From assembly GCA_002633005.1 (NCBI GenBank), contig NMRA01000118.1, forward strand, positions 186,707 to 250,706: 64,000 nt of DNA, read 5' to 3'. Below are positions 14,121 to 27,148 of the stretch, one piece after another. Under the pieces are notes generated by a model. The model ran no database searches. It was not told where the DNA came from and worked only from the letters and a program-made list of their open reading frames with translations. The translations under genes were made by a program, and so were the position numbers. The DNA is from Phoronis australis (lineage: Eukaryota > Animalia > Phoronida). Within the stretch, counting starts at the first letter, position 1. Every line of letters starts with the position of its first letter.

Positions 14121-16313
14121 ATGTCGCACTCGGTTAATGTTTTTATGTGCCAAAATACACTCTTCCAAAGGCCACTGGAATAACGTGTATGCGTCCACAA
14201 CAGATTTTACCATTTTCAAACTTAAAAATGTATGATTCTTTTATTTGTTTGTAATTCTGAAACGTGAGCAGATGACACTACCTCTGTCAGGCTCTACGGT
14301 GTATGTTGATGCATTCGATAAAAATACTCTGCTATAAAAACGTTGAAACAATTGTGAATGACATTCTTGCTTAATTCGCCAATAAAAACTCTCACAGATG
14401 AAAACTTAACCATTTATTGATCTGGCACATAGTGAATTATAAATACCCAAATTATCTTTAAAATTAAATGATGGGCACCAAAAATATAGGATACATGTAC
14501 ATCCATAGAAACAATGTTTGTGTTGTACTGTACATGTACATGTACTAACAGTTTCATCCTGCACATCATACGGATCTTAGCAGGCTTCCAGTCACCACAA
14601 TTTCAGACTCCCACCATCTTAGTAACACTTAAGACTACAAATGTAATTAAAGAAAATGTGATAATTTTAGCTTAAATCGTGCTTGCTTTCTTCATACAAC
14701 ATGCTTGTACATAGTGATTACCATTCTCAATAACTGAAAGCAGTTATTTTAAAGATGTTTAAACTGCTAAATCTGCAGAGCAATTTGTCTGTATTGTCTA
14801 ATTAACAAAACTCAGGTTCTGAAACGCTGTGGTTGAACTGATGATGGTGATGATGAAGACCGTAGGGAACGGAGGTGGCAATATGTAACTTAAGACAAAA
14901 AATATAATAATGAGCAGATCCTGTTAACTTTGCTGTGCCCTTAATAAAAGTCCTCTGATCACCACTTTTAGCATCACTAACACATCCCGATGACTCTTTT
15001 TTCACCTCCATGGACATTGTCGTATTGTCACTTTCAGCATCATTGCATAGCTTGGTCAATTTTCCTTTAACCTAGAGCTTTCCAGACTCCATATTAGTGA
15101 CAGTTAATCAGTGTATCACCTGAAAATAAAAGTGAAGTTTTTTAACATACATTTTGCTATGATAAAAGTTCGAAGATTATGCAGGATTTAGTATTTCGTA
15201 TTACATGCATTGTAAAAACTGTCATAAAACAGTTTTTGTTATTTTTAGGGATTTACAGGAATTTTCTGTATATTTTATTAAACTTAGGCCGGATAGGTAT
15301 CTACTTAGTTTCAAGATGTTTTTGCATTTTTTTACAATTTTCTTAGTTTAGAACTTTAATCATTTGACTGGTATCCTTGTACACATTGCAAAAGCTGTGA
15401 GGTACATGTATGATCCTACATTCTTACCAAAATATACTATCTTACACAAACAATAATATAACGTTAACAATTATAATAACAATAATACTTTTGTGATTTC
15501 TTTGTAGTTAAAATCTGTTAGGTGTGTCCCCTTTTAGCATTCCTACAGGTCGATAGTCCAACGGGGAGTTAGTCGGAAAGACGTTTAAGGAGCAATAGCC
15601 TTTTGGGCTTCTGAATTAAGTTGTGTTGTTTTTCTTATAGGTTTGTGGTCTCAAGACCTAAGGACCTTTTTTCTAGAGAGTGTTAACCCGAAAAATGTTT
15701 CCTTTGTTTGTTTGCGAAAATTTGACTTTGCTAAAAAGGATACTAAACCGTGTTTTGATGATTTCAAGCAATCCTGTTCATGTCATTTGCTAATGCATTA
15801 TTGGCGTCAATCTTGAAAGAGCTGGAATTAACTAAAAACTCATACACCTGTCTCGCATTTTGGTCTTTGGTGACTGGTCTTTTCCCGCAGTTGCCGTGTA
15901 ATTCTCTAAAGCGTAGGCGCACTTGTCAGTTTAGCAAACTTTCAAAATAGTTTCAAATTTTTCCAAACTTTTCAGAGTAGTCAAGAGTTAAAGGCCATTA
16001 TTTTGTTCCAGAAAACTGGAGATTAAATTCTATTTTATATATTAATAAGTCAAAACCAGGTTTGGCATCCTTTTAATTTTCTGAAGTGTCTGTAGGTGGA
16101 AGAGCTATGGGTTTGATTGGTCAACTGAACATTACATTTTGAAATAAACCTGATTACAGGCCCGTAGGAAGGCAAAAATTATTGGGGGGCACAAACCCTT
16201 TCGACGTCGCCAAATAACTCCCCCATCGCCACCACCTCCGCTACCTCCCCTCACTCTCGCACACGTCCTTCCGATGCGACCGTATTTGTACCGAATCTCT
16301 CACGTGGGTAGGC

Positions 16314-16470
16314 ACAGTGGCGGATTTAGGGGACCAAGAGGCCATGACCCTCCGAAAATTCTTCCAGATTCCATTTGTCAGTTTGGAGGTGCCAATTTCG
16401 GACTGGCAAAACCCTTGCTAATACTCTGCCCTGCCGCCCCTCCCAACTCAAAATCCTGGATCCAGCCATT
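16314..16470. mobile_element. hAT-like MITE (CAGTGGCGGATTT...GGATCC terminus family)
   Basis: Related copies at ~2895-3045 and 30062-30225 share CCAGATTCCATTTG(G/T)CAGTTTGG and ATACTCTGCCC. The 30062 copy has termini CAGTGACGGATTT / GGATCCGCCCCTG. Confidence 0.65.
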
Positions 16471-18630
16471 AAGACTGAGTTGTGTAACCGTGAACCAACA
16501 CGAAAAGTAAGAATGGGCCAAGTACACTGACCGGTAGCGAGGAGCTGCCTCAAGTAGCTATAGCTGAGATCTACCAGTGTGAAAATACGAAATTTTCGAT
16601 GAACTAAAGCTAGGTGCTGGTCACCACAACTATGATTCACCGGCCGTTTTGCGCTCGTTCTAAGGTCAAGATTTATTTTGTTGTGATCCAGTTTTGGAAA
16701 AAACTTTATTTGATTATGGTCATTCCTTGAAAGAGTTTTTTTGAAAAGGTGAGGCACCGAAGTCCCTGGTGTAGTGTCTTTGGGACTGTTTTAAAATCCC
16801 AAGTTGAAACACGACCGGTAGTTCAGTTGTTGTTATCTGTCATCATTTTCTTCTCAAGTAATATACAGTTTCGAGAAAAAAAATAAAGCGAAAGTTGTCT
16901 CCGTTAACCCTAGCCAGAGCGGGGCCTCTAGAAAAATATAGTTTTGCATTCGCAAACTTGACTTATTGAAGTTAAACATCTAGTAAATCAGTACGCTCCG
17001 CAAAAGCTTCGCTTTGCAAATTTTCTCGATTATTCGAAATACATGTTTGCGTTTAGACGACCTGTGATGCAAAACCGAAGACCATAACGACAGTGTCCTG
17101 CCAGAGTCCTCAAAAGGTAACCCATGCACTGATGCAGGTTTGTTTAATGTTCTTTTGAATTTTCTCTCATATCCGTTTTTCACAGTCTTTCTTTTCTCGA
17201 CTGTCCCCGGCACCACGCCTATGTCGGTTGCCACGGCACTGGACTAACAGGCATGAAAAAGTGTAAGGTAACTATATCGCCATGACCACGATTGATGGGT
17301 GGCAGGGCTAGAATGGCAAGAAAAAATTCCCGAAAGAACCCTGCATTTTCAAAACAAAGTCTTTAACATTTGCATTCATAATAATTCTTAATTTTGCTTA
17401 AATGTACTAAAACAGCAGTTTTCTATAAGCTCTGATGGAGTGTCATCACCCAACTCACTTTCAGACTAAAAGTCTTTCGAACTAAAATTCCTTTGGTTTG
17501 GAGACTATCAAAGGTGCTTCGGAATACAGGATCGACCAACCCCATCTCAGCACATCTCGTACACATCACAAAACAATAAAGAAATAATAGCTGAACAGGT
17601 ATTACAGTATCCTTGGCATCACCAAGAAATAATTTTGAATTAAAATAGACATTGCATGGTAAAATTTGAAAAACGAGTAATTTTAGTTACATGAAATACC
17701 TTCCAGACGATCTATCAGAAAAGTTCCTGGCTATTTTAGGAGAACTAAACACCTTGTGACGAAAACGGCATCTCCTCATTTCCGATACAGGGATTCCATC
17801 TTAGAAAGCCTTTTGTAGCGTTCCAGTCCACAAAATGGACGAATTTCGTAGGAAAATCGCAACTGAGAGGGCACCCATTTGCAAGGAATTCTCTCAGAAA
17901 AGGCACCATATCGCAGTGAATCTGGAAAATCTTACTAAGTGCAATTATTCTCAGCATAGTAATCTTAACTCTCTGGAGTTTTATAGTAAAAGGAATTCTT
18001 CAGCTCATAATAAAGGGGTGGTTAGATTTTGAAATGTTTTTAGGAGGGACAGATGCGAGTATTTGGCCGCATCTTCTGCATTAGAAATAGTTTTTAGGAC
18101 TCTGCCAGATGCATGTCAGCCATCCCTTATGCCAACTTTTTCCAATAACTTCAATAATTAAAATATTAAGAAATTTGAAAGACTTACCATTGACTTAGAT
18201 CTTGAACGTACCATCTTCTACACAAACATACTCGCTTCAGATAAAAAAGAGGGAAAACTTGTCTCCACTCCAACTCTAAAACACTAAAATCAAAACCTCA
18301 GAGGCTTTTTACAGTGGATGGTCAATTAACTTAATATCCTGTATGGCCATTACATAACACTAGTACCAATGTAGGTCACATATGGCAGTCCGGAGCAGGG
18401 CACTCATAATAACAGTGACATTTTTTGGGAGAGCCTGATCAGAGTTATATATAGGATGTCCTTATGAAACCAAGTTGTTGAGAAAATACACGTGGAGAAA
18501 CTGTGCATGTCAAATAACAGTTTCTGATAGGTCTAAAATTGAGGGGCATTATGTATACCCCACAATTTTTTGCAACCCCACAGTAAAGGTCTCGTATATA
18601 AAAATTCCCAGATCTGTATAGTTCTCTTAG

Positions 18631-18659
18631 GATACATATATACATATACACACACACAC

Positions 18660-18707
<48 letters not shown>

Positions 18708-18726
18708 ATATGTATATGTATATATG
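18631..18726. repeat. (TA)n/(CA)n/(TG)n compound microsatellite
   Basis: Directly visible in the sequence. Confidence 0.95.
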
Positions 18727-19759
18727 CATTCTATGGCAATGAGAAACAACGAACACATGTGCACGGAAACACTGATATATACGGCAGGTCTAAGTGTTAA
18801 AGAATCCTCTTCTGCTACAGCAGCCTCCCGTTTAGCCGAGTAACGCTAGGACCTCGCTAAACAGCCAGAATTCGCGAGATTACGTGAGATATTGACGTGC
18901 ATTTTAAATAAGAACACGTGACTTTGGCTAGATTTTAGCTAGGTCCTAGCGTTTGTCCTAGCGTTAGTGAAAGCAGTGCTAAAACAGTGCTAAAATTCAA
19001 GTATCCACGATATGACGTACATAGAACGAAAGCATATTTGAGCCTTTTTAGACGTGATAAACTATTTCGTATAATGACATAGTTGACATAGTCTTACTCA
19101 ATGTAAATCAGTCGGATCACGGATCAGCGTTAGCCGACATTGCAGACGATTTATCATCCATTCCATGCAGATGACTGAGACTGGTTTCCATTTGGTATCG
19201 TCATGCTACTGCTAGGTATGGTTCATTAAGCCGTTGTATGTTTCATACAACTTAATTCACATTGTTGTACAATCTCGTCTGTAAACACCGACGCAATAAA
19301 ATGAATAAAACTTACCTTACCATTTCTCCATCCACTTCATAATCGTACTTGGCGCCTCACCAGTTTAGAAAACCAGTGTCAAGGTCGTTGCCTGTTCCCC
19401 GAAGGTATTCAGTTGCTGTCCATTGTCGGATAACCAGGCAGGGGCGAATGTCGGTCACTAAGCAAACTCGAGTACGAAAGGAGGTAAAATGATTATGATT
19501 AACGGGGGGAGGGGGAGTGAATTCAAGTCCGATTTTAAATAATTATTATTCCCGTTCGATCAACAAAAGTTGAAAGTAGCCGTGTGACTTGTGCGTATTC
19601 ATTATTACAAGCGATTATTTTACTAGCAATTTTTCGCCGTCGCGATTAGGTGTGTGGCGGTCAATTTGGGCAGAAATATGATAAGAAAGGGGCGTGGTGG
19701 GTCACCCTAATATTTACACAAGGGGGAAGCAGTTGATAATATGTTTGTGAAAATAATAT

Positions 19760-19870
19760 TCACCTAGGTTTAAATAATTTCCATCCAAGTGAAAATAGTT
19801 TCCACCTAGGTTGAAATAATTTCCACCTGGGTGAAAATAATTTCCACCTGGGTTGAATTATTTCCACCAA
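19760..19870. repeat. Minisatellite, ~21-bp unit, about 5 copies
   Basis: Repeated (G)GTTGAAATAATTTCCACCT(A/G)G; it produces the periodic QPRWKLF pseudo-ORF. Confidence 0.85.
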
Positions 19871-21712
19871 TGTGGAAAAGGAAAAATTAGAAATAATTAA
19901 ACTAAAATAGCTATGATACTTTCGGGCCACCGTATTTGCATTAGTTGCCACGTATTTTGAAATACTTACCATAAGCATTTCCTCTTGGTAATTGACTTAA
20001 GCAAATCTATTGTATTAGCTGTACGCATATTCAAAACAGAAGGTAATCTGATACTTACGGCTAGAATAGTGAAATAATGTTGAAATATTTCTAAGGCGAC
20101 CAGCTGTCTTGTTCATCTGCACTATAAAGCGTTGTCGTCTGGAAGAGTCCATGTCTTTGCTGATCAGGTGGATGTATATCCTCGGGAGTTGGAACCGGCC
20201 ACCGTCGAGCTATTTGTGTGGATTATCTCAAACCAATTTGGTTCTGAATTAGAGTCTTAAACTCTTACGTTAGAACCGGGCTTTCAGTGTCCTGCTAGAC
20301 GAGCGCCCAAAACACGCTACAGGTGACTGCTCCACCGTGACCATAGCCGCGAGTAACAGAACTTATTTTTATGTGTGAACTATGACCCCAGACAAGTTTT
20401 CATCAAGGGCCTATTTGTTGTTAAAACACTATTTCTACGTTTGTTTATATGAGTTACCTTGCAACCATTTTTTGATTATCGAAAATTTTAACTGGTTTTG
20501 ATAGATGTTAAAATAAATAATGCTACCGACTATACTTAAGTAAGGGTCAACTCTCGTTGTGTTAATGCTTGTATTAATGAGCTTAACAAGCTTGCAATTG
20601 AAAGAACCGTCAATGCAAGCGTTCTGCATTTTGTGCCTGAACCTGCTATCCCGGTATCTTACGGATGTTGCAGGATGAGTATACGCAACTGGGTACATAC
20701 CCAGTCAGCAGCTCAGAGTGGGCATCACTTAACTCCTGCAGAGAGACCAAGGAGAATTTTCCCAACGTGATCGAACCAAAAGGTTCAAAAAGCCTTCAGA
20801 GTCTAGATAGATTCAAATTTTGACGGGCCACTGCAACCTAGCCCGACACAGACACATTACTGGGCATGTGGGGAGCCCTGTGTGTCCTGAGTGTGGTACT
20901 GCCACCCGTTTGTGAGGTGGGGCAATTTGGGCTCGAACATCTTGCCCCGTGCCAATTATATCTCTAAACGCGAAATTGGGGCAATGCGGAAAGGGTCATC
21001 TCGACTGCGCTTGTGCAATGACCTACATAGGGCTTTCTGTCTCTGCAACTCCCTCTATTCAAAACCTGCGCATGCGCATTCCACTCCCCAGCGAACAATT
21101 TCCGTCTTGAAACAATTAATGAAATTGCGAATGAAAACAGCCACTTGACACCGATCAAGTTGCTCCGTGTCAGTTGCGCTGGATCAAAAGTTGGTGTTTA
21201 AACGGGACTGTTGTCTGCTTCAAACTTGACTGCCATGATGATCGATGCCCAGTTTATCTTGGCTGCCTCCTCAAGTTTCAGTAGAATGTCATGCTTCATT
21301 CTTATTGCAACAATAACGACATCCATTACAACATACCAGTTAACAGATGCGTGGTGCCACCTATTTAGTTATGCCATTCATAGTCCTTTAAAATCGTATC
21401 ACTCGTTTGTTATCAGCTAGCTATACCTGCTAGTAAAATCCGTTCAATCATGTCTACTTCGGCGCCCAATTTTGCCCAAAATGGGGGTGCATGTCATAAA
21501 AAGAGAAATAATTGATGAAAATTCTTAAAAAGCCAAATTTTTCTACATCTCAACAAACCAAACTCATGAGGTAAGTCTCAAAAATCTATGACTTTGGGTA
21601 TAGACGGTTGGTGTTTATATGGAGTCACTCTTAACTATTTTATCAAAGCCGACTATTTCCAGAAGAATTTCACCCAAACCAATGCACGTTCATTTTTATT
21701 TCCATTGACAGT

Positions 21713-22090
21713 GGCCAGTTGCATGAAACGTCCCAAATAGGTACTCAGCTAAGTTCCCTAAATCTACTGCGTAGTTGTGCCGTTAGGTTCTTATTACTAA
21801 GTCAATTTTTTACTTTGCTACAAATCGAGAGTGAATTGTACGTTGAATTCTCAATATTGTTGAAAATAAGTAAAGATCTCTTCATGCAATCCCCCTTTAA
21901 TTTCTAAGTACTAAGTCCCTATTTATTTTGGTTGAACTGAGGGTTCAGTTTTTAGTAAATGTCATTGATAAAAGAGGAGGTCATAATAAAGATAAAATTG
22001 TAGAAAAAGTATTACATCTGTAAGTAAAAAACACAGAACGCAAAAGATTTAGGGTTCTTAGTTGAGTCCCTATTTGAGATTTTTCACGCA
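21713..22090. mobile_element. PIF/Harbinger-like MITE (related copy at ~41726-41912)
   Basis: GGCCAGTTGCATGAAAC...ATAGGTACTCAGCTAAG pairs with CTTAGTTGAGTCCCTATTTG. The 41.8 kb copy shares GTTGAGTCCCTAT and ends TTTTATGCAACCGGCC. Confidence 0.5.
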
Positions 22091-22099
22091 CAGTATCGG

Positions 22100-23290
22100 A
22101 CACATTCCCACGGTACAATAATAGCTTACAAGCTTATATAACTTTAGCATCCAAAATTTCTCTGTATAACCTCGTTCGTCTAAAGTTTTCAAAGCGTGAA
22201 AATGTATTTAACAATGTAACTTTTACAATTTACCATCAGGTGAATGAAATTAAATCAAGGTTAGAAATCGCCAAAGCACACGCGGTACGTACAGTATTTG
22301 AAACCAGTATTTGACCAGTGTTACACGAATACCTAAGTATACAGAGGAAACCTGCAACATTCACTCAAAACTGCACCATCAGAGCAGGCTCTTTCCACTC
22401 CAAGAACCATTTTCTAAAAGACGCACTTTTTCAATCATATCGTACTCCTTAAATCCCCAGATTTCAGAACCGTAAAACAGTGGCGGGTGTAACAGTTTGT
22501 CGATTAATTCAAAAGGAAGTTGCATTAGAATATTTCTGCATCGCTGGCGAAGCCTGTTAATGGCAGTTTTAGATTTACTTCCTTGTCTAGCAAGATTTGT
22601 TATCGCTTTAGTCCAAGCCAATCTGGGAGTAATCATGAGTCCCAAATACTTGTAGTGGCTAATCACTTCCACCTGATCCTTACCAAAGAACCATTTTTCA
22701 TAAAAATTTCGAAATGTACCTCCATTTTTAAATACAATAACTTTTATTTTTTAAGGTTTACTGACATACCCCCACACCCTACAGTAGCTATTTACGCAAT
22801 TCAACGATCTCTACAGATTCACTGAAGTAGTCGCTCATAACACCATATCGTCTGCATACAGTAATGAATGAATATCTGATATCTAATCTGTCACAAATTC
22901 TCCTGATAAATTAGGCGCTTTAACATTGTCCAAATAATAAGAAAGGACTTTTTATACGACCCTGCCGTGTCCCTATTCTACAATGGAAATAGTGGAACCT
23001 TATGATGTTTTTACGCAAGTAGGCAATTTGCTGTACATTGACTCTAAGATTTTAATCAAATGTCTGTGTATGTTACGTTTTAACAGGCTTATAAATGATA
23101 ACGTATGAGGATTTTTATCAAAGGCTTTAGAAAAATCAACGAACGCACGATAAAAGCGATCTCCTGCCCTACTAATGTATTTCTGACACGTGGCGTACAA
23201 GGCAAATATTTGGTCTCGGGTCTCAAATCCTTTTCGAAACCCTGCCTGGCAGCGATAATGGGTATTTGTTTGTCAAAGTATGTAACGTTG
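22100..23290 (-). mobile_element. Degraded non-LTR retrotransposon reverse transcriptase fragment
   Basis: Motifs QAGFRKG, AFVDFSKAFD, LLYADDMV, YKYLGL and YGSEIWG across frameshifted ORFs (23000-23200, 22379-22672). Confidence 0.9.
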
Positions 23291-23623
23291 GAAATACATT
23301 TTATTTAAGCACGAGTTTTTAACTGAGCCGTATGTAAAGATTAATTTATCTCGTTCCGAGCGATCTCTTCTGGCTCAGCTTAGAGCAGGAAATCTTCCAT
23401 TGCACTTGGAAACGGCCGTTATGTAAACACTCCTGTAAGTGAAAGACTTTGCTTGTGTTGTGATTCTGGTTCTGTGGAGGATGAGCTACATTTTGTGTTT
23501 GATTGTTCTCTTAATAACTCACGGAGGTCTATTCTGTTTAATAGTGTTTCCCGAGCTTTGCAGATTTCAGTAGATTAGATACGTTAAAACTGCTATTTCA
23601 GTATTTCCCTGGGCAATTTGCCA

Positions 23624-24613
23624 CATAGGCGGATTTAGGGGGAGCCCAGGGGACCCCCCCCCCCCTTGGCTGCCGCAAAAAAAATAAAACAGTAACAGCG
23701 TAGGGAAATGTTGAGTTTATTAATAAACCACTGTAATTAAAATTATACGGATGAAAAAAGATTTAAATGTGTGCAGTTTTAGTGTTGTGGGGGGGGGGCT
23801 CAAATCCAATTTCAAGTGTCAAATTCGGAACACGGCTCATTCGTAACGGAACTATGGCTAAGTATATAGGCTCTCCCGCGATATCCCAGAAGACCGGCAG
23901 TGGCGCTGCGCACTACGACTCCGTTTCCGTCGTCTGCTCCACTGTGCAATGAAGAAAATCTACTTCATTTTTTAAAAAAAATGGAACCTGACTGACAATG
24001 AAAAAAGAGAAGCTGCTGGTAAGATGTGAATTTTAATCGAAGCCTTAGTGAATCACCCAGAAACTCGCAATACTCTCTTTGTAAAACCTTATCTTAAGAC
24101 GATTTCCAAAGCAATGCCTTCATTATTGCCAACACGAAAAACGGATTTAGTCTTTTGGGCATTTGAAGACTATTTTAAATACGACAAATTTGTTAAGAAT
24201 TGATGGCACAAAATATAAAACGTGTAATAAGCATTACAAAAAGAAGTAGGTTTCGCGGGCAAACGCTGTGGACCATGAACAAGAAGGTCTCTTGGTATGA
24301 GAGTAGTAGTTAAATCGTGGTGGTGTAGTGGTAACGCACGCGCGCTCTATACGTCAGGTCGTGAGTTCGAGTCTTTGGTACTTGCAGCTTTTCCTGTTTG
24401 ACACGTTCTCCGTGTTTTTTTTCCTTTCTTTCTTGGATAATACTTCAAGAATCAAGGAAAATGCTTGATTTTTAGAGGTAAAAACAAAAAAATTTTCCTG
24501 GGCGACCTCCCCCATTCGGTGCTATGCGCATCTACAATCGTGGTTCGGTTTGCGCAAATGCTTACAGCCGGACAAATGTTGGCCCCCCTTGCGATATCCT
24601 AGATCCGCCACTG
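23624..24613. mobile_element. hAT-like non-autonomous element with a 5-bp TSD and an internal tRNA-like module
   Basis: Termini CATAGGCGGATTTAGG / CCTAGATCCGCCACTG, flanked by TGCCA at 23619-23623 and 24614-24618. Second copy, inverted, at 47224-48058. Confidence 0.8.
24316..24382 (+). other. tRNA-derived pseudo-module (Pol III A and B boxes) inside the DNA element
   Basis: A-box TGGTGTAGTGG and B-box GTTCGAGTC at tRNA-like spacing. The copy at ~47470-47535 (minus) has a CTGTAAC anticodon-like loop. The acceptor stem does not pair properly. Confidence 0.65.
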
Positions 24614-27148
24614 TGCCAAATATATCAAGTCTGCTTTTGAACTTAGAAATCGACGCATTATGGTAGGCTTACATCTGGGTTGTGTGGTTAAAGTGACTAA
24701 TAAGCCCAACTGGGATGGGTACTTATCTTTCTTACGAATGTTATACCTATAAATGTTTGATTTAATTGTACTTGTCACTATAATAAATAAATACTACAAA
24801 TACTACACTATTTACAACATAACCTGGAATGTTGACTAAGAGAGCAGCTGCATTCGGGGCCGGTCCGTATCAGTCCACGGAAAACAGTGAAAGTCTCTGT
24901 TGTGCGTAACTCGTTCCAGACTCGATGTGTCTCGAAGCCAAATGATTTTTACCGTATTTGACAAATTTAACTTGAGGAATATCTCATATGATTTCGTAGC
25001 GAAAGGGTTAATTGTTTTCTTGTTTCTTTATTAGTGAATGAAGTGTTTTACTAGGTGATTCGCCTTAAAGGATTTTAAATACTTCTAATGCAATAAGTTT
25101 AAGTTTTTGTAGGTGAAAAAATAAAGGGCACAGTAGTCGGCCACGGCCTGTAAAAACAGGCAACACTGTTTGCAGGAATCACCAAGGAGTCAACTAGACA
25201 TTTGTCACAGGAGGCTGATCTTTCAACGGAACTGACTAGCGCGAGAGTATTCTCGCTGCTACTGTAGTCTCCTGCACAGACCCTCGAGGTTGGTTGGGGT
25301 CTGCTACAGGGCACTTTTCCATCCGCATTCTTGGAATATCATTGGCTGTTCCGATTTCAAGAAACAAGGCATTCTATTGGTCAGTTGTATAATAGGTCAA
25401 ACTAGTTCACCAACATGGCGGCTTCCAGTAAAAGAATGTCGATGGATTTTCAGCCGTTTAAATCTCTCTGTTTTCATCAAACTCCCGCATTTCAAAGCTA
25501 ACGAGTCAAGGAATACATCACCAGTAACGTATAAGAAACATTTTATGATAATTATCTTGTATACTGTGCTGGATTCTGAAGTGGATGTGACTTTTTGCGA
25601 AATAATTTGTGGAAGAAATTAGGCCACCCACAACAACACTCAACACGACAACAACAGTCATTTTTAATTTAGGCACACTATAGCACCGAATAGTGGGAAA
25701 GGAGTAGCTGAGTGCGTAGCGGCAACGGGAGATTGTCTCTATCTTTTCAGAGCACACCCTCTCGTATGTTGATGTGTTCATGTTCGTTATATAAGCTCCC
25801 GTGAATACCGTGAAGGTTAAACTAGTGGGTCAGATAGTAAGGATACTGAAATTCTGCTATTATTCATTGTCATTGCATAGTAGACTGGCACACTTGTCAC
25901 TAATAACAGAAGTTAGGAGCATAAAAATGCAGTCAATGATCCTAAACACACAAACATTAAGTAGTCTAGCAATAGTTTTACAATGACTGACATTATCGCT
26001 TTTGGCGATGCCATTCAGCAATGACTGCCATCATACAGTCCTACGGAGTGTTCAAATATTTTGGAGGGTGTTTGTTGCTGTGAAATTAGGATTATACCCA
26101 CTTTTTAGTATAATCAGCAAGATAAAACCTCACTCTTTTCTGAATTGGCACAGTCATTAAAACTGAACCATTTTGGTTAGAGCCTCAATGGAATAGTCAA
26201 CTTTTCTGATAACATAATTATGCAAAGTCATTATTTACAAGGAATTGAATTTCACCAAAAAGCTGGACTGTATTCTTTTTAACACAAGAAGCCTCAGTTG
26301 TATATGAAACATTCAGTGCTTTTAGTGCAAAAATGGATCATTTTATATAGTTCGAACCTAAAAGTAAATATTTTTGTGTGGAATTTATTTGTAAATTCGC
26401 CCCTTCATGGTAACTTTTGCAATGCCTGAGTCACTGGTCAGAGGCACACATTTGGTCATATGCAATCTATGCAAGTGTCCTCTCTCTCCTTGACTGTTTC
26501 ATATTTTTGCTTTCCACGTTCACATGATGTCAAGTGTTGCATGTTGCAATAATCATCTATTAATTTCAGTCTAATTGTAAAACCAGAACCATTCTAAAAC
26601 ATTCAGAAACTACTATGGTTCGCTGTAATTAAAGCATCCTGGAGTTAGACTTTGTAAGCAAGCGAACTTTAAAAACCTGGTTCATTGAAATGGCTAGTTA
26701 CAAAAACATCTCACATTTCAAAATTGGGAGCTCGGGGTACTTCAAAGATTTTAAGTTGGGTCACTTAACCCAAATCGACGGTTTCTTGTGTGTTAGATGG
26801 GTTGGATTGTTATCCAGGCAATAGTCACTGGCAATCCGCATTTTGAGAACAAGTTTTAACGCCTGCTATTCAGTGAAAAAATGGTTCTTGTTATGCAGTA
26901 GAAAACACTGGTTCTCAAAGTGGGGGTCCTCTGTATGTGACTATTACCATTATGCTTTGCTCAGTGTTTTGAGCAACGTGCTAGTGTTTCATTCTTGTGG
27001 TTATGATCTACATAATACAGCAGTGATTTTAGTCAACATTTCGGTCTTTTCGAAAAGTTTTTCAAAATTACAAATTTGACTCTTACTGAGGGGGCCTCCT
27101 CGTGGCAAGAGTTGGGCAGTGTGAAATGCTTGAGAACATTCGCACTGG

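Larger units (their letters stand above)
13498..18630. mobile_element. ~5.1 kb segment bounded by ~340-bp inverted repeats and embedded in (TA)n; putative long-TIR DNA transposon
   Basis: 13498-13837 (CTAAGAGAACTATACAGATC...) is the reverse complement of ~18280-18630 (...GATCTGTATAGTTCTCTTAG). TA microsatellites lie directly outside both ends. An N at 13838 coincides with the inner end of the left arm. Confidence 0.6.
23300..24810 (+). mobile_element. LINE 3' end (ORF2 C-terminus plus tail), interrupted by a DNA element at 23624-24613
   Basis: LAQLRAGNLPLHLET(G)RY...RLCLCC...VEDELHFVFDC (CCHC-type C-terminus). The reading continues across the insertion as QFAKYIKSAFELR and ends in a TAATAATAAATAAA...TACTAC tail. 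Confidence 0.8.

Noticed and set aside
13430-14235. Cluster of overlapping YI-rich ORFs (also 18445-18800)
   Set aside because: Artefacts of TA microsatellites and tandem repeats.
24316-24382. Functional tRNA gene (also ~47470-47535)
   Set aside because: Acceptor and anticodon stems do not pair properly, the copies differ in the anticodon arm, and it is embedded in a repeat.
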